Assembly (NCBI RefSeq): GCF_006345805.1
Contig: NC_043000.1
Span: 71,548,001-71,612,000 of the forward strand
Direction of reading: 5' to 3'
Origin: Octopus sinensis
Taxonomy: Eukaryota
Length of the DNA stretch: 64,000 nucleotides
In this document: in pieces, positions 51,180 through 63,351 of the stretch
Layout: every line of letters starts with the position of its first letter
Position numbering within the stretch: the stretch's first letter is position 1
Notes under the pieces: generated by a model
What the model was told of the DNA's origin: nothing
The model's database searches: none
The model's input: the letters and a program-made list of their open reading frames with translations, nothing else
Position numbers and translations under genes: made by a program

Positions 51180-51712
51180 AGCGGTTATGCTCTGATGCAG
51201 TAGCAGGCACTGGATCTTATGGCTGTCTTCATATAAAAAGACGGGCTACAGTAAATATTCTGCTCAATACCACAGATTTGCTTGTCAGTTGCTTGACCTT
51301 AACCAGCTGAGCAAGTCCCTTAGTGGCTGATGAAATGTGTTTCTCTGATCATGAGCAGGAGTAGTGGGTAAGCATCATAGCAATGTGTTCATAGGAATTC
51401 TTTGGGGTTTGAATAATTCACCTCTGGAAACAAGGGGACTTAGTTCATCGTCCTTAAACAACTCTCATTTAGGGACCTTTTGAGTGGGGTGGGCTACTCA
51501 ACATGAAGAAAATTCTAACAGGGTCCCACCTGCAAGGTCATGGGTTATTTATCTTAATACAAGGCCACTATGTTGTGCACACATGGTTGTGATGCAAGCG
51601 CCTGGTGTACCCTTATCAGATGAATAGTCATGATGGGTATATTGGGCTTCATATATCTGTACCCTAGTGTCTCTTTGATGGTATGTATTACTTTCTCACT
51701 ATGATAATAATA
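51180..51712 (+). repeat. ~530-bp dispersed repeat ending in (ATA)n, probably a non-LTR element 3' UTR
   Basis: Diverged reverse complement at 61470-61985; both copies sit in TAA runs. Confidence 0.75.
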
Positions 51713-51713
51713 A

Positions 51714-52209
51714 TCATTCCAGATTTTGGCACAAGGCCAGCAATTTTGGGGAGGGACTAAGTTCATTACATTGACCCCAGCGCTCAAGTGTTACTTATTT
51801 TATTGACCCCAGTAAAATGAAAGACAAAGTCAACCATGACAGAATTTGAACTCAGAATGTAAAGACAGATGGAATGCCGCTATGCATTTTGCTTGGAGTG
51901 GTAACTATTCTGCCAGCTCACCACTCCATTAATAATAATAACTTCCCTCCATATCTATTATTATTATTGTTGTTATTATCAACAACAACAACAACAATGG
52001 TTTCAAATTTGCCACAAGGGCAGCGATTTTGGGGGAGGAAATGAATCGATTACATTGACCCCGGTATTCAACTGGTATTTATTTTATTGACTCTAAGAGG
52101 ATGAAAGGCAAAGTTGACCTCAGCAGAATTTGAACTCAGAATGTAGTGATGAGCGAATTACAGTTAAGCATTTTATCTAGCACACTAATGATTCTGCCAG
52201 CTCACCACC

Positions 52210-52212
<3 letters not shown>
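51714..52212 (-). mobile_element. Two consecutive SINE family 2 copies (51714-51930, 51998-52212)
   Basis: Both match 34181-34396. Confidence 0.8.
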
Positions 52213-52263
<51 letters not shown>

Positions 52264-53382
52264 GTAATAATAATGATAATGATAATAATAATAAATTTGG
52301 AGGGAAGTGATGGTAATGGTTGTCAGAAAGTTGGTCAATTGGCAATAGTCCAAGAGACTAAAAAATCCTGAGGGATTCTGACAAGAACTGAACAATAATA
52401 GTAACATGAACAACTCCCTCTATCCCTATCTCTCTCTTTCCCTTTGTATATATATATATAAATAATGAAAGATATAACATCATAATTAAAAATTTACGTA
52501 TGCTCACTAAAGACCCTAAGATGAACCATATTCTACAAACACAAATTCATCAAAAGTAAAGAACAACCAAAATCACCACTAAAGAGAATACTGACAGGTG
52601 CAAAATTATACCTAACAATACACACACATACACATGCGTGCGCACACACACACACATGCGTGTGCGCATGCACCCATATGATAGATCAAGATTCAAGTGA
52701 ATCAGGTACATAAATGGTGAGGCACCAGGCGAGGTCGAAAAGTGAAATGTGTACCCAACAAAAATAGATGAAAATACACAAGGATACCAAAGTACAGGCA
52801 GAAAGACATTCAGGTTATGCATACAATTAACTGTAGCCGACAGAGTATATCAATAGCCCTGAGACTAATCAAGAAACAGACATTGCACTAAATGTACAGT
52901 CTATAATATACTTTGGATCTATGCAAGGAGCAGGTTCCGAGAGAGGTGGATAATAAATGAAAAAATAACAACAGATGGATATGTGTCAATGCACTACAGC
53001 TGTTTCCAGCAAATTTTTAATTGATTAATGGAGACATTACACCATTAGAAAAAACTGTTTCCATCAGGTGAATACACGAACCATAACATTTAAAAACGTT
53101 CAAAATCCAATGGGATGTGCATCTTCATGATTCTATGAGCCTTGCTTGTCATAGAATGAATTTGTTAGTTCAGTTTGGTAGTATTATAGGAGAAAACAAG
53201 ACGTTACGTGCAGGGTAACAAAGATTTATAATGATGAAAGAAGTTAGAGGATGAAGTAAGAGGGGGAGTTGGATAGTGAAGCATCTCACTACTCCTACAA
53301 CAAAAAGTTGGTTTCTTTCATCTTTTAATTTTATTCAACAACCAGTTTTAGGGTTAAATAAGTGCAAGGTCACGTAGTTATT

Positions 53383-53593
53383 TACTCTTTTACTCTTTTA
53401 CTTGTTTCAGTCATTTGACTGCGGCCATGCTGGAGCACCGCCTTTAGTCGAGCAAATCGACCCCGGGACTTATTCTTTGTAAGCCCAGTACTTATTCGAT
53501 GGTCTCTTTTGCCGAACCGCTAAGTAATGGGGACGTAAACACACCAGCATCGGTTGTCAAGCAATGCTAGGGGACAAACACAGACACACAAAC

Positions 53594-53624
<31 letters not shown>

Positions 53625-53790
53625 CATATATACGACAGGCTTCTTTCAGTTTCAGTCTACCAAATCCACTCACAAGGCTTTGGTCGGCCCGAGGCTATAA
53701 TAGAAGACACTTGCCCAAGATGCCACACAGTGGGACTGAACCCGGAACCATGTGGTTGATTAGCAAGCTACTTACCACACAGCCACTCCC
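53383..53790 (-). mobile_element. Full-length family-1 SINE
   Basis: Highly similar to 10477-10864. Confidence 0.9.
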
Positions 53791-54282
53791 GCGCCTATAT
53801 TATTTATATATTTATTTATTTGATAGCCTTGTATATATACTCTTTTAAAACCAAATGACTACAAAATCGAGACAATATGACTAAAATTATACGATGGTGG
53901 GAAGGGTATGAAACAAGAAGAGTGGCCAGCATATCAATAATTAGATAAATAAAGGAGTATACAGTAGAAGGCATACCATAAAGAATTATACGAAAGCAAA
54001 TGGATAATGGTAAAAGAAGGTTTATAATAAAAAAGATTATAAGAAAAATTTTGGATAATAATAAAAATAAAATTATTAGATGGTGAATATGCAAATAATA
54101 TCGTAAGAATTAAAAAATAATTAAGAAGTAGTTAAAAAAAACATAAAAGAAAAAAATTAAAGTAAAATAGAATAAAGTAAGGATAAATAAAATAAGGATA
54201 AAATAAAGTAGCGAGCAAAAGGTAAATTAGAGAATAATATTAATAATAAAAATAATAATATAATAATAGAAATATTAAAATT

Positions 54283-54696
54283 ACTAAGTCTCTCTAAAGG
54301 AGATTACGGCAGCGTTACTGGATATTAATAGTTATCGCCATACTAATATGGCAGTCTATAAATATAAGACTAAAGCTGTCGCTGATTAGCTCCAAGAGGC
54401 CACCGCCTCTAGCTAGCTATATGACACACGAACCTGCGTCCATTACAATCTTCGAACAGGGGAAGTCAGCCGCTTCACCTTGCTAGCCAGACATCTGCAG
54501 ACATGTTTCAGGGTTGTTGCCCTTTATCAATGCAGTGTAGTCAGAACCAGCAGGTGTCGCTACTGACCGTCTGTAATGGACGCAGGTTCATGTGTCATAT
54601 AGCTAGCTAGAGGCGATGGCCTCTTAGTGCTAATCAGCAACAGCTTTAGTCTTATATTTATAGACTGCCATATTAGTATGGCGATAACTATTAATA
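54283..54696 (-). mobile_element. Homologue of the 363-bp hammerhead element, with a ~125-bp inverted duplication
   Basis: Minus strand 54571-54283 is colinear with the 15.2-kb unit; arms 54323-54447 and 54572-54696 are reverse complements with a few mismatches. Confidence 0.85.
54495..54535 (-). ncRNA. Minimal type-I hammerhead, U3-A8 core variant (covarying homologue)
   Basis: ctgca-TTGATAA-AGGG caacaa CCCT-GAAA-catg-TC-tgcag; palindromic loop III (acatgt). Confidence 0.78.
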
Positions 54697-54814
54697 ATAT
54701 AATAATAGAACGTATAATAACCAAAATTCAATAAATAAGTATAATGTTAGGAAATGAATAAAAATATACGAAAATATAAAAATAAGAAAGCAGTATGGTA
54801 TACATGTGTGTGTG

Positions 54815-55300
54815 TCTGTCTGTATGTAGAGGAGGTAGACCCATGAAGACATGGGATGAAGTGGTGAGGCATGGTCTTTGAATACTGGGCCTCATGGAGG
54901 CAATGACAAGTTACCAGGACCTTTGGCAATATGCTGTGTGTGAGAAGTCCCAATAAAGCCCAATGAAACCATAGTCATGGCCAATGCTGGTGTCACATAA
55001 CAGGCTCCCATGCCAGTGACATGTAAAAGGCACCCTTGGCAATATGCCGTGCTTGAGAAGACTCACCAAAACAAGTAAAATCATAGTTGTGGCTGTTGCT
55101 GGTGTCATGTGGATAGCACCAACGCTGGCGGCATGTAAAAAGCAACCATTACACTCTTGGAGTGGTTGGCATTACGAAGGGCATCTACTTGTATAAACCA
55201 TGCCAAATCAGATTGGAATCTGGTGCAGCTCTCCAGCCTAGCAGTTTCAGTCAAAGTATCTAACCCATACCAGCATGGAAAGCAAACACTAAATGAATGA
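54815..55300 (+). mobile_element. RTE LINE 3' fragment
   Basis: RGRPMKTWDEVVRHG...; ends ccagcatggaaagcaaacactaaatga(atg)n. Confidence 0.8.
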
Positions 55301-55305
55301 TGATG

Positions 55306-55343
<38 letters not shown>

Positions 55344-55469
55344 TGGCTAAACTGGCAAAATGACCATTCCTAAATACAACAATATCTGTTTCAACACACG
55401 ATTTCACATCAAAAATCTTGCAAAACAAATATATAAACGTATATATATATATATACATAAATATTTATA

Positions 55470-55647
55470 TATGGCTGTGTGGTAACAAGCTTGCTTCCCA
55501 ACCGCATGGTTCTGGGTTCAGTCCCACTGCATGGCACCTTGGGCAAGAGTCTTCTACTATATTCTCAGGCTGACCAAACTAGATGGAAGCTGTGAAAAAA
55601 AGCTGATTGTATGTATGTATGTATGTATGTATGTATGTATGTGTGTA

Positions 55648-55682
<35 letters not shown>

Positions 55683-56013
55683 ATGTATGTATGTATGTAT
55701 GTATGTATGTATACATACACATATATATTTGTAAATATCTAAGTGTGTATGTCTTTGGGTCTTTGGGTCAAGCAACGGTGGGGGGGAAAACACAGACACA
55801 AAAAACATACACACATAAAAATATATATACATATACATACACATGTATATATGATGGACTTCTTTCAGTTTCCGTCAACCAAATCCACTCACAGTGCTTT
55901 GTTCAGCCCAAGGCTATAGGAGAAGCTGTTTGCCCAATGTGCCATGCAGCAGGACTGAAACTGGAACCATGTGGTTGGGAAGCAAGCTATTTACCACACA
56001 GCTATGCCCGCGC
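55470..56013. mobile_element. Convergent family-1 SINE pair around a (GTAT)n tract
   Basis: + head at 55470-55595; - copy at ~55770-56013. Confidence 0.8.
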
Positions 56014-56032
56014 ATATTTATATATACATGTT

Positions 56033-57281
56033 TAGGGAGCGGTGAATAAAATGTCATCTAAATTATGTAAAAATGAAAATAATACTGACAGATATTGACA
56101 GATATATGTACCAAAATTGAAAAAAAGTATCTTGAGATACTAAAGAGTAGAGTTATTCAATAAAATTGTCATTGGCCTCCAGACAACTTCATAATCTCCT
56201 GCAGCTCTTCTGAACGGTCTCCTTGTTTAAGTTGGTGAATGCTGCCATAATCCTTGTCTTCAGTTCATCTTTGGTGTTAGGAGTTTTGTTAATCTCTTGC
56301 TCAATTGTGCCTCACACATAATTATCAAGTGGGTTGCAGTCTGGGGAGTTAGGTGGCCACAGAAATTATCTAACAGCCATGACTGGGTTCTCCTGCTTGT
56401 GTGGCATGGTGCAGAGTCTTGTTGCCAGACATAGTCTTCCAGCATCCACTCTCTTGACCCAGGGCAACACTACCTCCTCCAGGCTCTTGATGTAGGCCTA
56501 TGTGTTGAGTATGAGGCTGTGTGGCAAGATGAATAGAGGCATAATGTTGCCATCACTAGTGATCACTCCAAACACCATGATGTTGACTGGATGTTTGATT
56601 TTTAACACTCTTAGTACATGTTTTGGAGACATGGCAAGCCAATGGTTGTTCTGTGTGTTCACCATCTGATCCTGCCAGAAATTTTTCTTGTCTGAGAAAA
56701 ACCAAAGCATGGAGGGCATGCATGAGTTTGTTCAAAAGCTTCGTAGTGCAGTCTTTCTTCTTGTCCTTGATGGCTTGGGATAAAAATTGGCCCTTTCTCA
56801 TCTTGTATGAGGAATACCAAATGTCTTCAAGTACTACCTGCCTGATAAGAAACTCAGACATTCCAATGTCCCTGGCGATGATAGACCTGATTGACTTGGG
56901 GGGGATCATTGTCAATCATGGCCTGGATCTCACCAGCAAATTCAGTAGCTCTTTTCTTATCAGAATGATGAGAATGTTTCGAGCTGCCGTACCATCACCA
57001 TTAGACTCATCCAACTCTTTCTGAATCCTCTGCACTTTCCTCAGATTGACACCCAAACACTCTGAAATGTTTGTATTGGAGCTGCTGGCACAAATGCCAA
57101 GCAGTGCAGCATGTCGTTCCCAAATTTCTGGCAGAGTGAATTGCAACATCATGCTGCTTTTCTCACAGATGGTGCCCAACTGACCCTACTATACTGCGTT
57201 GTTGACAAAATCAAAAACAAACAATGTGCATGCACGAAATTAAAAATACAAAATGGCGATGATTTACCCATTGCAACCTGT
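56033..57281 (-). mobile_element. Degenerate Tc1/mariner-superfamily element (maT/DD37D-like)
   Basis: FSDKKNFWQD, VFGVITSDG and YVWQQDSAPCHTS...TQSWL motifs; imperfect terminal repeats. Confidence 0.8.
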
Positions 57282-57469
57282 TATTACATTTATATATATT
57301 CCAAGAAAGTTAGAAGTTGTGAATCTAACTAAGGGATAATATCTATCCAATATACTGCCGGTAGAATACCCAATTATTAATACACAAGTGTTTTTTATGG
57401 CATTGCAATTACATTACCTAGTGTACTAAATGGGTGAAGGTAAAGAGTTATTTTACCATTAATTTATAT

Positions 57470-57821
57470 AGCAATAAGAAAATGGAGGGGATCAATAGGT
57501 GGTTCAAAAAACTTTTAGACATTATACTATGTCAATTTATTTATTTATATACTAAAATGACAATTACAAGAATATACATATGTATAACATATTCTGCTTT
57601 ACATATAAAATATATAAAGATACCAGTAATTATTACAATATATAACATACAGGACTGTATGTTATATATTTTAATAATTACTAGTATCTTTATATATTTT
57701 ATATATACATATACACATATTCTTGTAATTGTCATTTTAGTAAATAAATAAATAAGTTGACATAATATAATGTCTTAAAGTTGATGAACCAACTATTGAT
57801 CCCCTCCATTTTCTTATTGCT
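57470..57821. repeat. 352-bp foldback palindrome with a 2-nt central loop (MITE-like)
   Basis: agcaataagaaaatggaggggatcaatag... pairs with ...ctattgatcccctccattttcttattgct; centre aacatacag-ga-ctgtatgtt. Confidence 0.9.
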
Positions 57822-57844
57822 CTCTCTCTCTCTATATATATATA

Positions 57845-59145
57845 TCATCATCATCATCATCATTTAACATCCATTTTCCATGCTAGCATGGGTTGGACGG
57901 TTCGACCAGGGTCTGGTAAGCCATGGAAGCTGTACCAAGCTCCAGTCTGATCTGGCAGTGTTTCTACAGCTGGATGCCCTTCCTAACGCCAACCACTCTG
58001 TGAGTGTAGTGGGTGTTTTTTATGTGCCACTGGCACAGGAGCCCACACAGGGTGGCAAACGGCCATGATCGGTTGGTGCTTTTACATGTCACCGACACGG
58101 ACGCCAGTCAGGCGATGCTTGTAACTGCTACGCTCGAACGGTGCTTTTACGTGTCACCAGCACTGGTGTCTTAACTACAATTACCATTCAAATTTTTGAT
58201 GTTGACGAACTTGACTCAACAGGTCTCCTCAAGAACAGCGGGTCACTCTACAATCCAAGGTAAGCACAGCAGGTCATCCTGCAAGCCATGAACTCACTTC
58301 ATTTGTCGGGTCTTTGAAGTCACAGCATATCTCCAGAGGTCTCGGTCTTTCGTCATAGCTACAGTGAGGCTCAAAGTACGAAGGTCATGCTTGACCACCT
58401 CGTCCCATGTCTTCCTGGGTCTACCTCTACCCCAGGTTCCTTCAACAGTTTGGAAGCGGCACTTCATACATCTCTCCTCGTCCATTCTTAGTACATGACC
58501 GTACCAATGCAATCGTCTCTCCTGCATGCTGCATCCAATGCTTCTTATGCCCAACCAGGACGCTCACACTCTGTCGTGCATGGACACTAACATTACACAT
58601 CCAGCGGATCATGCTAGCTTCATTTCTTTCAAGCCTATGCATGTCCTCTGCAGTCACGGCCCATGTTTCACTGCCATGAAGCATGGCAGTTCGTACACAT
58701 GCATCGTACAACCTACCTTTCACTCTGAGCGAGAGACCCTTTGTTGCCAGTAGGGGGAGAAGCTTCCTAAACTTTGTCCAAGCTATTCTTATTCTAGTGG
58801 TAACGCTCTCTGAGCATCCACCCCCACTACTAACTTGGTCACCTAGGTAGCAGAAACTATCAACTACTTCTAGTTCCTCCCCAAGGAGTGTAATGGAATC
58901 TGTTTTCTGAGTATCAATGGTGTCAATTGCCCCTGTGCATCTGCCGCACACGAAAGCTATCTTCTCGGTTAATTTTCCTTGGATGTTGCTGCACCTCTTA
59001 TGAGTCCATAGCTTACACTGGGTACATCTTATGGAGTTTCTACCTACACCTTTTCTACAGATCGAGCAGGGCCACCTACCTGAAGGGGTGTGTGGTGAGT
59101 TTGCCTTTCTGCTTACTAGAACTTTGGTCTTTGCTACATTGACTC
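57845..59145 (-). mobile_element. 5'-truncated RTE LINE (same family as 19087-21990)
   Basis: LEVVDSFCYLGDQVSSGGGCSESVTTRIRIAW.KFR.LLPLL...LHGSETW...ERRL.WYGHV; (cat)n tail at ~57845. Confidence 0.9.
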
Positions 59146-59150
59146 TCTCT

Positions 59151-59185
<35 letters not shown>

Positions 59186-59333
59186 GCATTTATGTGTTTA
59201 TTCCAGGTGAAGGCCAGTTTATGAGGTTACCTTTATGGATGGGAAACCAAGGGTAACACAATAAAGCAGCCTTCATCAGGAAAAAAACAGACTGCTCTAC
59301 TTCTTAGAGTGTGCTTCTGGATTTATGTTTTTC

Positions 59334-59373
<40 letters not shown>

Positions 59374-59374
59374 T

Positions 59375-59428
<54 letters not shown>

Positions 59429-59429
<1 letters not shown>

Positions 59430-60288
59430 TTGTGGTGAATAAACTGTCATTTAAATTACGCAAAAATGAAAATAACACTGACATCTCATTTTAACAGATA
59501 TATTTACCAAAATTACATAAACAAAATATCTTGAAACACTAAAGAGTAAAGTTTATTCAATAAAATCGCCATTGGCTTCAACCACGGCCTCCAGAAGACT
59601 TCAGAATCTCCTGCAACACTTCTGGATGGTCTCCTTGCTTAAGTTGGTGAATGCTGCCATAATCCTTGCCTTCACTTCATCTTAGGTGTTAGAAGGAACT
59701 TTGTTGGTCTCTCTCTCAACTGTGCCCCACACATAATTATCAAGAGTGTTGCAGTCTGGGGAGTTAGGCAGCCAGATTTTAAGGGTAATGTGGTAGCAGA
59801 AATAGCCATGACTGGTAGCCATGAGTGGGTTCTCCTGCTTATTAAGCATGGTGCAGAGTCCTGTTGCCAGATATAGGTTATTCCAGTATCCACTTTCTTG
59901 ACCCAGACCAATACTACCTCCTCCAGGCACTTGATGTAGGCCTCTGTGTTGAGTCTGAGGCATAAAATCACCATCACTAGTGACCACTCCAAACACCGTG
60001 ATGTTGACTGGATGTTTGATTTTTTTTATCCTTTTCAGTACATGTCCTCAGATCGACACCCAAACACTCTGAAATATTTGTATTTGAGTTCCAGTGCAAA
60101 TGCCAAGCAGTGCAGCATGTCGTCGTTTCCAAATTTCTGATAGAGTGAATTGTGTCATGGTGCTGTTTTGCTTGCAGATGGCCCAAATGACCCTACTATA
60201 CTGTGCAGTTGACAAAATAAAAAACAAGCAATTTGCATGTGCGGAATTAGAAATATAAAATGGCGGCAATTTACCCATCGCAACCTGT
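59429..60288 (-). mobile_element. Second maT-like copy with a ~0.4-kb internal deletion
   Basis: WQQDSAPC and WLPNSPDCN.LD.YVWG motifs; a junction near 60045 joins sequences ~430 bp apart in the 56-57 kb copy. Confidence 0.8.
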
Positions 60289-60308
60289 ATGTATATATAT
60301 ATGAAATG

Positions 60309-60398
<90 letters not shown>

Positions 60399-60404
60399 AT
60401 GTGT

Positions 60405-60530
60405 GAAAGCACGTGGCTTGGTGGTTAGGGTAACCAGCTCATAATCTTAAAGACATGAGTTCAATCCCAGTGGTACGATGTGTCCTTGAGCAAGACTTTT
60501 TTTTATTTCACATTGCTCCAGTCCACTCAA
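60405..60530 (+). mobile_element. tRNA-like SINE head, third family
   Basis: gtggcttggtggttagg ... gagttcaatccc boxes followed by gtgtccttgagcaagac. Confidence 0.5.
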
Positions 60531-60728
60531 CACACACACACACACTTTTTCCCTGCTCTTATCTATCATTATCAATCACACTCATTTACTAATTTTGATC
60601 TTGTTGCAATGAAAAGCACCAGCTCTTTTCATGAAACTAGTTTTCTATGAATATATATTCCTTCTTATAAGTTTATCATTAGTTTTACAGTTGAGTGGCT
60701 TAAAGTTATATATATATATATATATATA

Positions 60729-60929
60729 CCGGAGTAAACATAAATGTGAAACAAGGTGGAAAAAAGAGTACTCAAATACCAGTGGTAGAGTAATATGCTT
60801 TATTTAAAGCAGCAGAAAATTCAACAAAATCTGTTACTCTGAGTTTCCCGTTGCAAAAACTGTCCGATGAACGGCAACGGGAAACTCAGAGTAACAGGTT
60901 TTGTTGAATTTTCTGCTGCTTTAAATAAA

Positions 60930-60935
<6 letters not shown>
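60729..60935 (+). mobile_element. PLE pLTR-like fragment with 62-bp inverted arms and a hammerhead-like motif, inside (TA)n
   Basis: Arms 60793-60854 and 60874-60935 (one mismatch); ctgt-CCGATGA-ACG gcaa CGG-GAAA-CTC a GAG-TA-acag at 60860-60897. Confidence 0.65.
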
Positions 60936-60983
<48 letters not shown>

Positions 60984-61199
60984 ATGTGTGTGTGTGTTAT
61001 GCATAGACACTGCTATGTACATGGAAACAGATAAACAGAAAGACAACTGCAGTTATTGAAAGGCAAATTATGCGACATCGTTTCACTGTGATGACTTTCA
61101 ATAAGTTTAGATGAAGTACCTGCAGTCTAAGTTATGTAATTTGGGAATTATGAAGCAGAGTTACTTCCCTCAAAATTTAGATGTTGGTAATAATAATAA

Positions 61200-61408
61200 T
61201 CCTATCTACTATAAGCACAAAGCCTGGATTTTTGTGGGGAGGAAGACAATCGATCACATCGGCACCAGTACTTGACTGATACTTAATTTATCGACCCCGA
61301 AAGGCAAAGTCGACCCCGGCAAAATTTGAACTCAGGACGTAGTGACAGACAAAATACCGCTAAGAATTTCGCCTGACATGCTAATGACTCTGCTAGCCTG
61401 CCACCGTA
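61200..61408 (-). mobile_element. SINE family 2 copy
   Basis: Matches 34181-34396. Confidence 0.75.
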
Positions 61409-61433
61409 GATGATTGTGGTAGTGGTGGTGATG

Positions 61434-61439
<6 letters not shown>

Positions 61440-61472
<33 letters not shown>

Positions 61473-61985
61473 GAGTGAGAGAGCAGTGCATGCCATCAAA
61501 ATGACACTGGGGTAAAATATACGAAGCCCAGTATACCCATCATGACTACCCGTCTGATAAGGGTACACAAGGCACATGCATCACAACCATATGTGCGCGA
61601 CATGGTGATCTCATATCAAGATAAACAGCACATGACCTTGCAGGTGGGGCCCAGTTAGAATTTTGTTCTGGTCGAGTAACCCACCAAGCTCAAAAGGTCC
61701 CTGAATAAGGGTTGTTTAAGGATGTTGAAAGAACCACCCATGTTTCCAGAGGTGAATTATTCAAACCCCAAAGAATCCCTCTCAACACATGGCTATGATG
61801 CTCCCCCACTACTTCTGCTCGTGATCAGAGATTGCACATATCGTCAGCCACTAAGGGACATGCTCAACTGGTTAAGGTCAAACAACTGACAAGCAAATCT
61901 GTGGTATTGAGCAGAATATTTGCTGTAGCCCATCTTTTATACCAAGACAAAACAATGTACATGATAACACTTCCAATCAGTTAAG
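61440..61985 (-). repeat. Second copy of the ~530-bp TAA-associated repeat
   Basis: Reverse complement of 51180-51712; flanked by (TTA)n on both sides. Confidence 0.75.
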
Positions 61986-62028
<43 letters not shown>

Positions 62029-62353
62029 TTATTTATTTGTTTTTCAGATTAGAAACATTTGTCTCTAAACTGAAGTAATTGTGAAGATGTTATACAGAAT
62101 TACAAAACTGTTAATATGAAGGAATACCTCTTACAATACACTTATTTAGCAAGATATGTGGCTGTAGGTAATAGAAAAGGCAGAAAGTACAACAACCTAA
62201 TGGACTTAGCTTCTTAATCTGAAACAATTTAAGTGCCCCATAATCGAGAAGCTTTTGGTTAATGTTGTATTGAGCTTTCAATTATGTATTGTCATTTCTT
62301 TGTTACACAAATGTCCCTTGCAAAACAATTTATTGTATATCTATCATATATAC

Positions 62354-62708
62354 AGGTGCAGGTGTGGTTGTGAGGCAAGAAGTATGCTTCCCAATCATAT
62401 GGTCTCAGGTTCAGTTCCACTGTGTGGCACCTTGGGCAAGTGTCTGCTACTATAGACCTAAGCTGACCAAAACCTTGAATGGATTTGGTTGACAGAAAAT
62501 GAAAGAAGCCCATTATATATAAATATACATATATATCTACAAATATATGTGTGTGTGTGTATATATACACACACACAACAGGCTTCTTTCAGTTTCTGTC
62601 TGCCAAATCCACTCACAAGACACTAACCCAAGGTGTCATGTCATGGTACTGAACACAAAGCCATGTGGTTAGGAAGCAAACTTCTTACCACACAGTCACA
62701 CCAGTGCC
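62354..62708. mobile_element. Convergent family-1 SINE pair
   Basis: + head at 62354-62515; - partial copy at 62575-62708. Confidence 0.75.
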
Positions 62709-63351
62709 TATGTATCCATCATATATAAATATATATACATGTTTGTATGTATGTTTGTGTGCATGCACATGTGTGTTTTACTGTCTCTTTGCCTTAATTT
62801 CATATGATAGCTGTGTAAGTGTATGTCACAGTCATACAAGGAATGTGTCGTTTCTAATCTTCCATGAAAACATGTCAGGACGTAGGGAATATTACCTTAC
62901 TAGGAAACGGGAGGCTTGGCAATGAGAGGAGCATCAGGCTGTTGTAAATCTGCCTCAACAAATTACGTCTGGAAAAGTAACTATTAAGCAATGATGATGA
63001 TGGTGATGATGATTGTATAACTTTGTGACGCAAGCTGGAAACAGCACTAATCTCATTTAAGAAACTTAAACTCATGCAGATAAAAATCAAGTCTAAACTC
63101 GAGCAATATGCAACAATTCATGATAGCAATGGCAATGATGATGATGTTGTTTTTGTTGTTGTTGATGGTGGTGGTGTGGTGAAGGTGACAATGATGATGA
63201 TGATGATGATGACACTTATTGTAGAAAAGTACCTTACCAGTGTTGATGAAAGAACAGGATGAAACCCGTAATCAAGGATTCCTTAGGAAAATGCTTGGCC
63301 TAACTAAAGTATCAAGCTTTTATGCTTCCAGGGAGATATGAAAATGTTATA

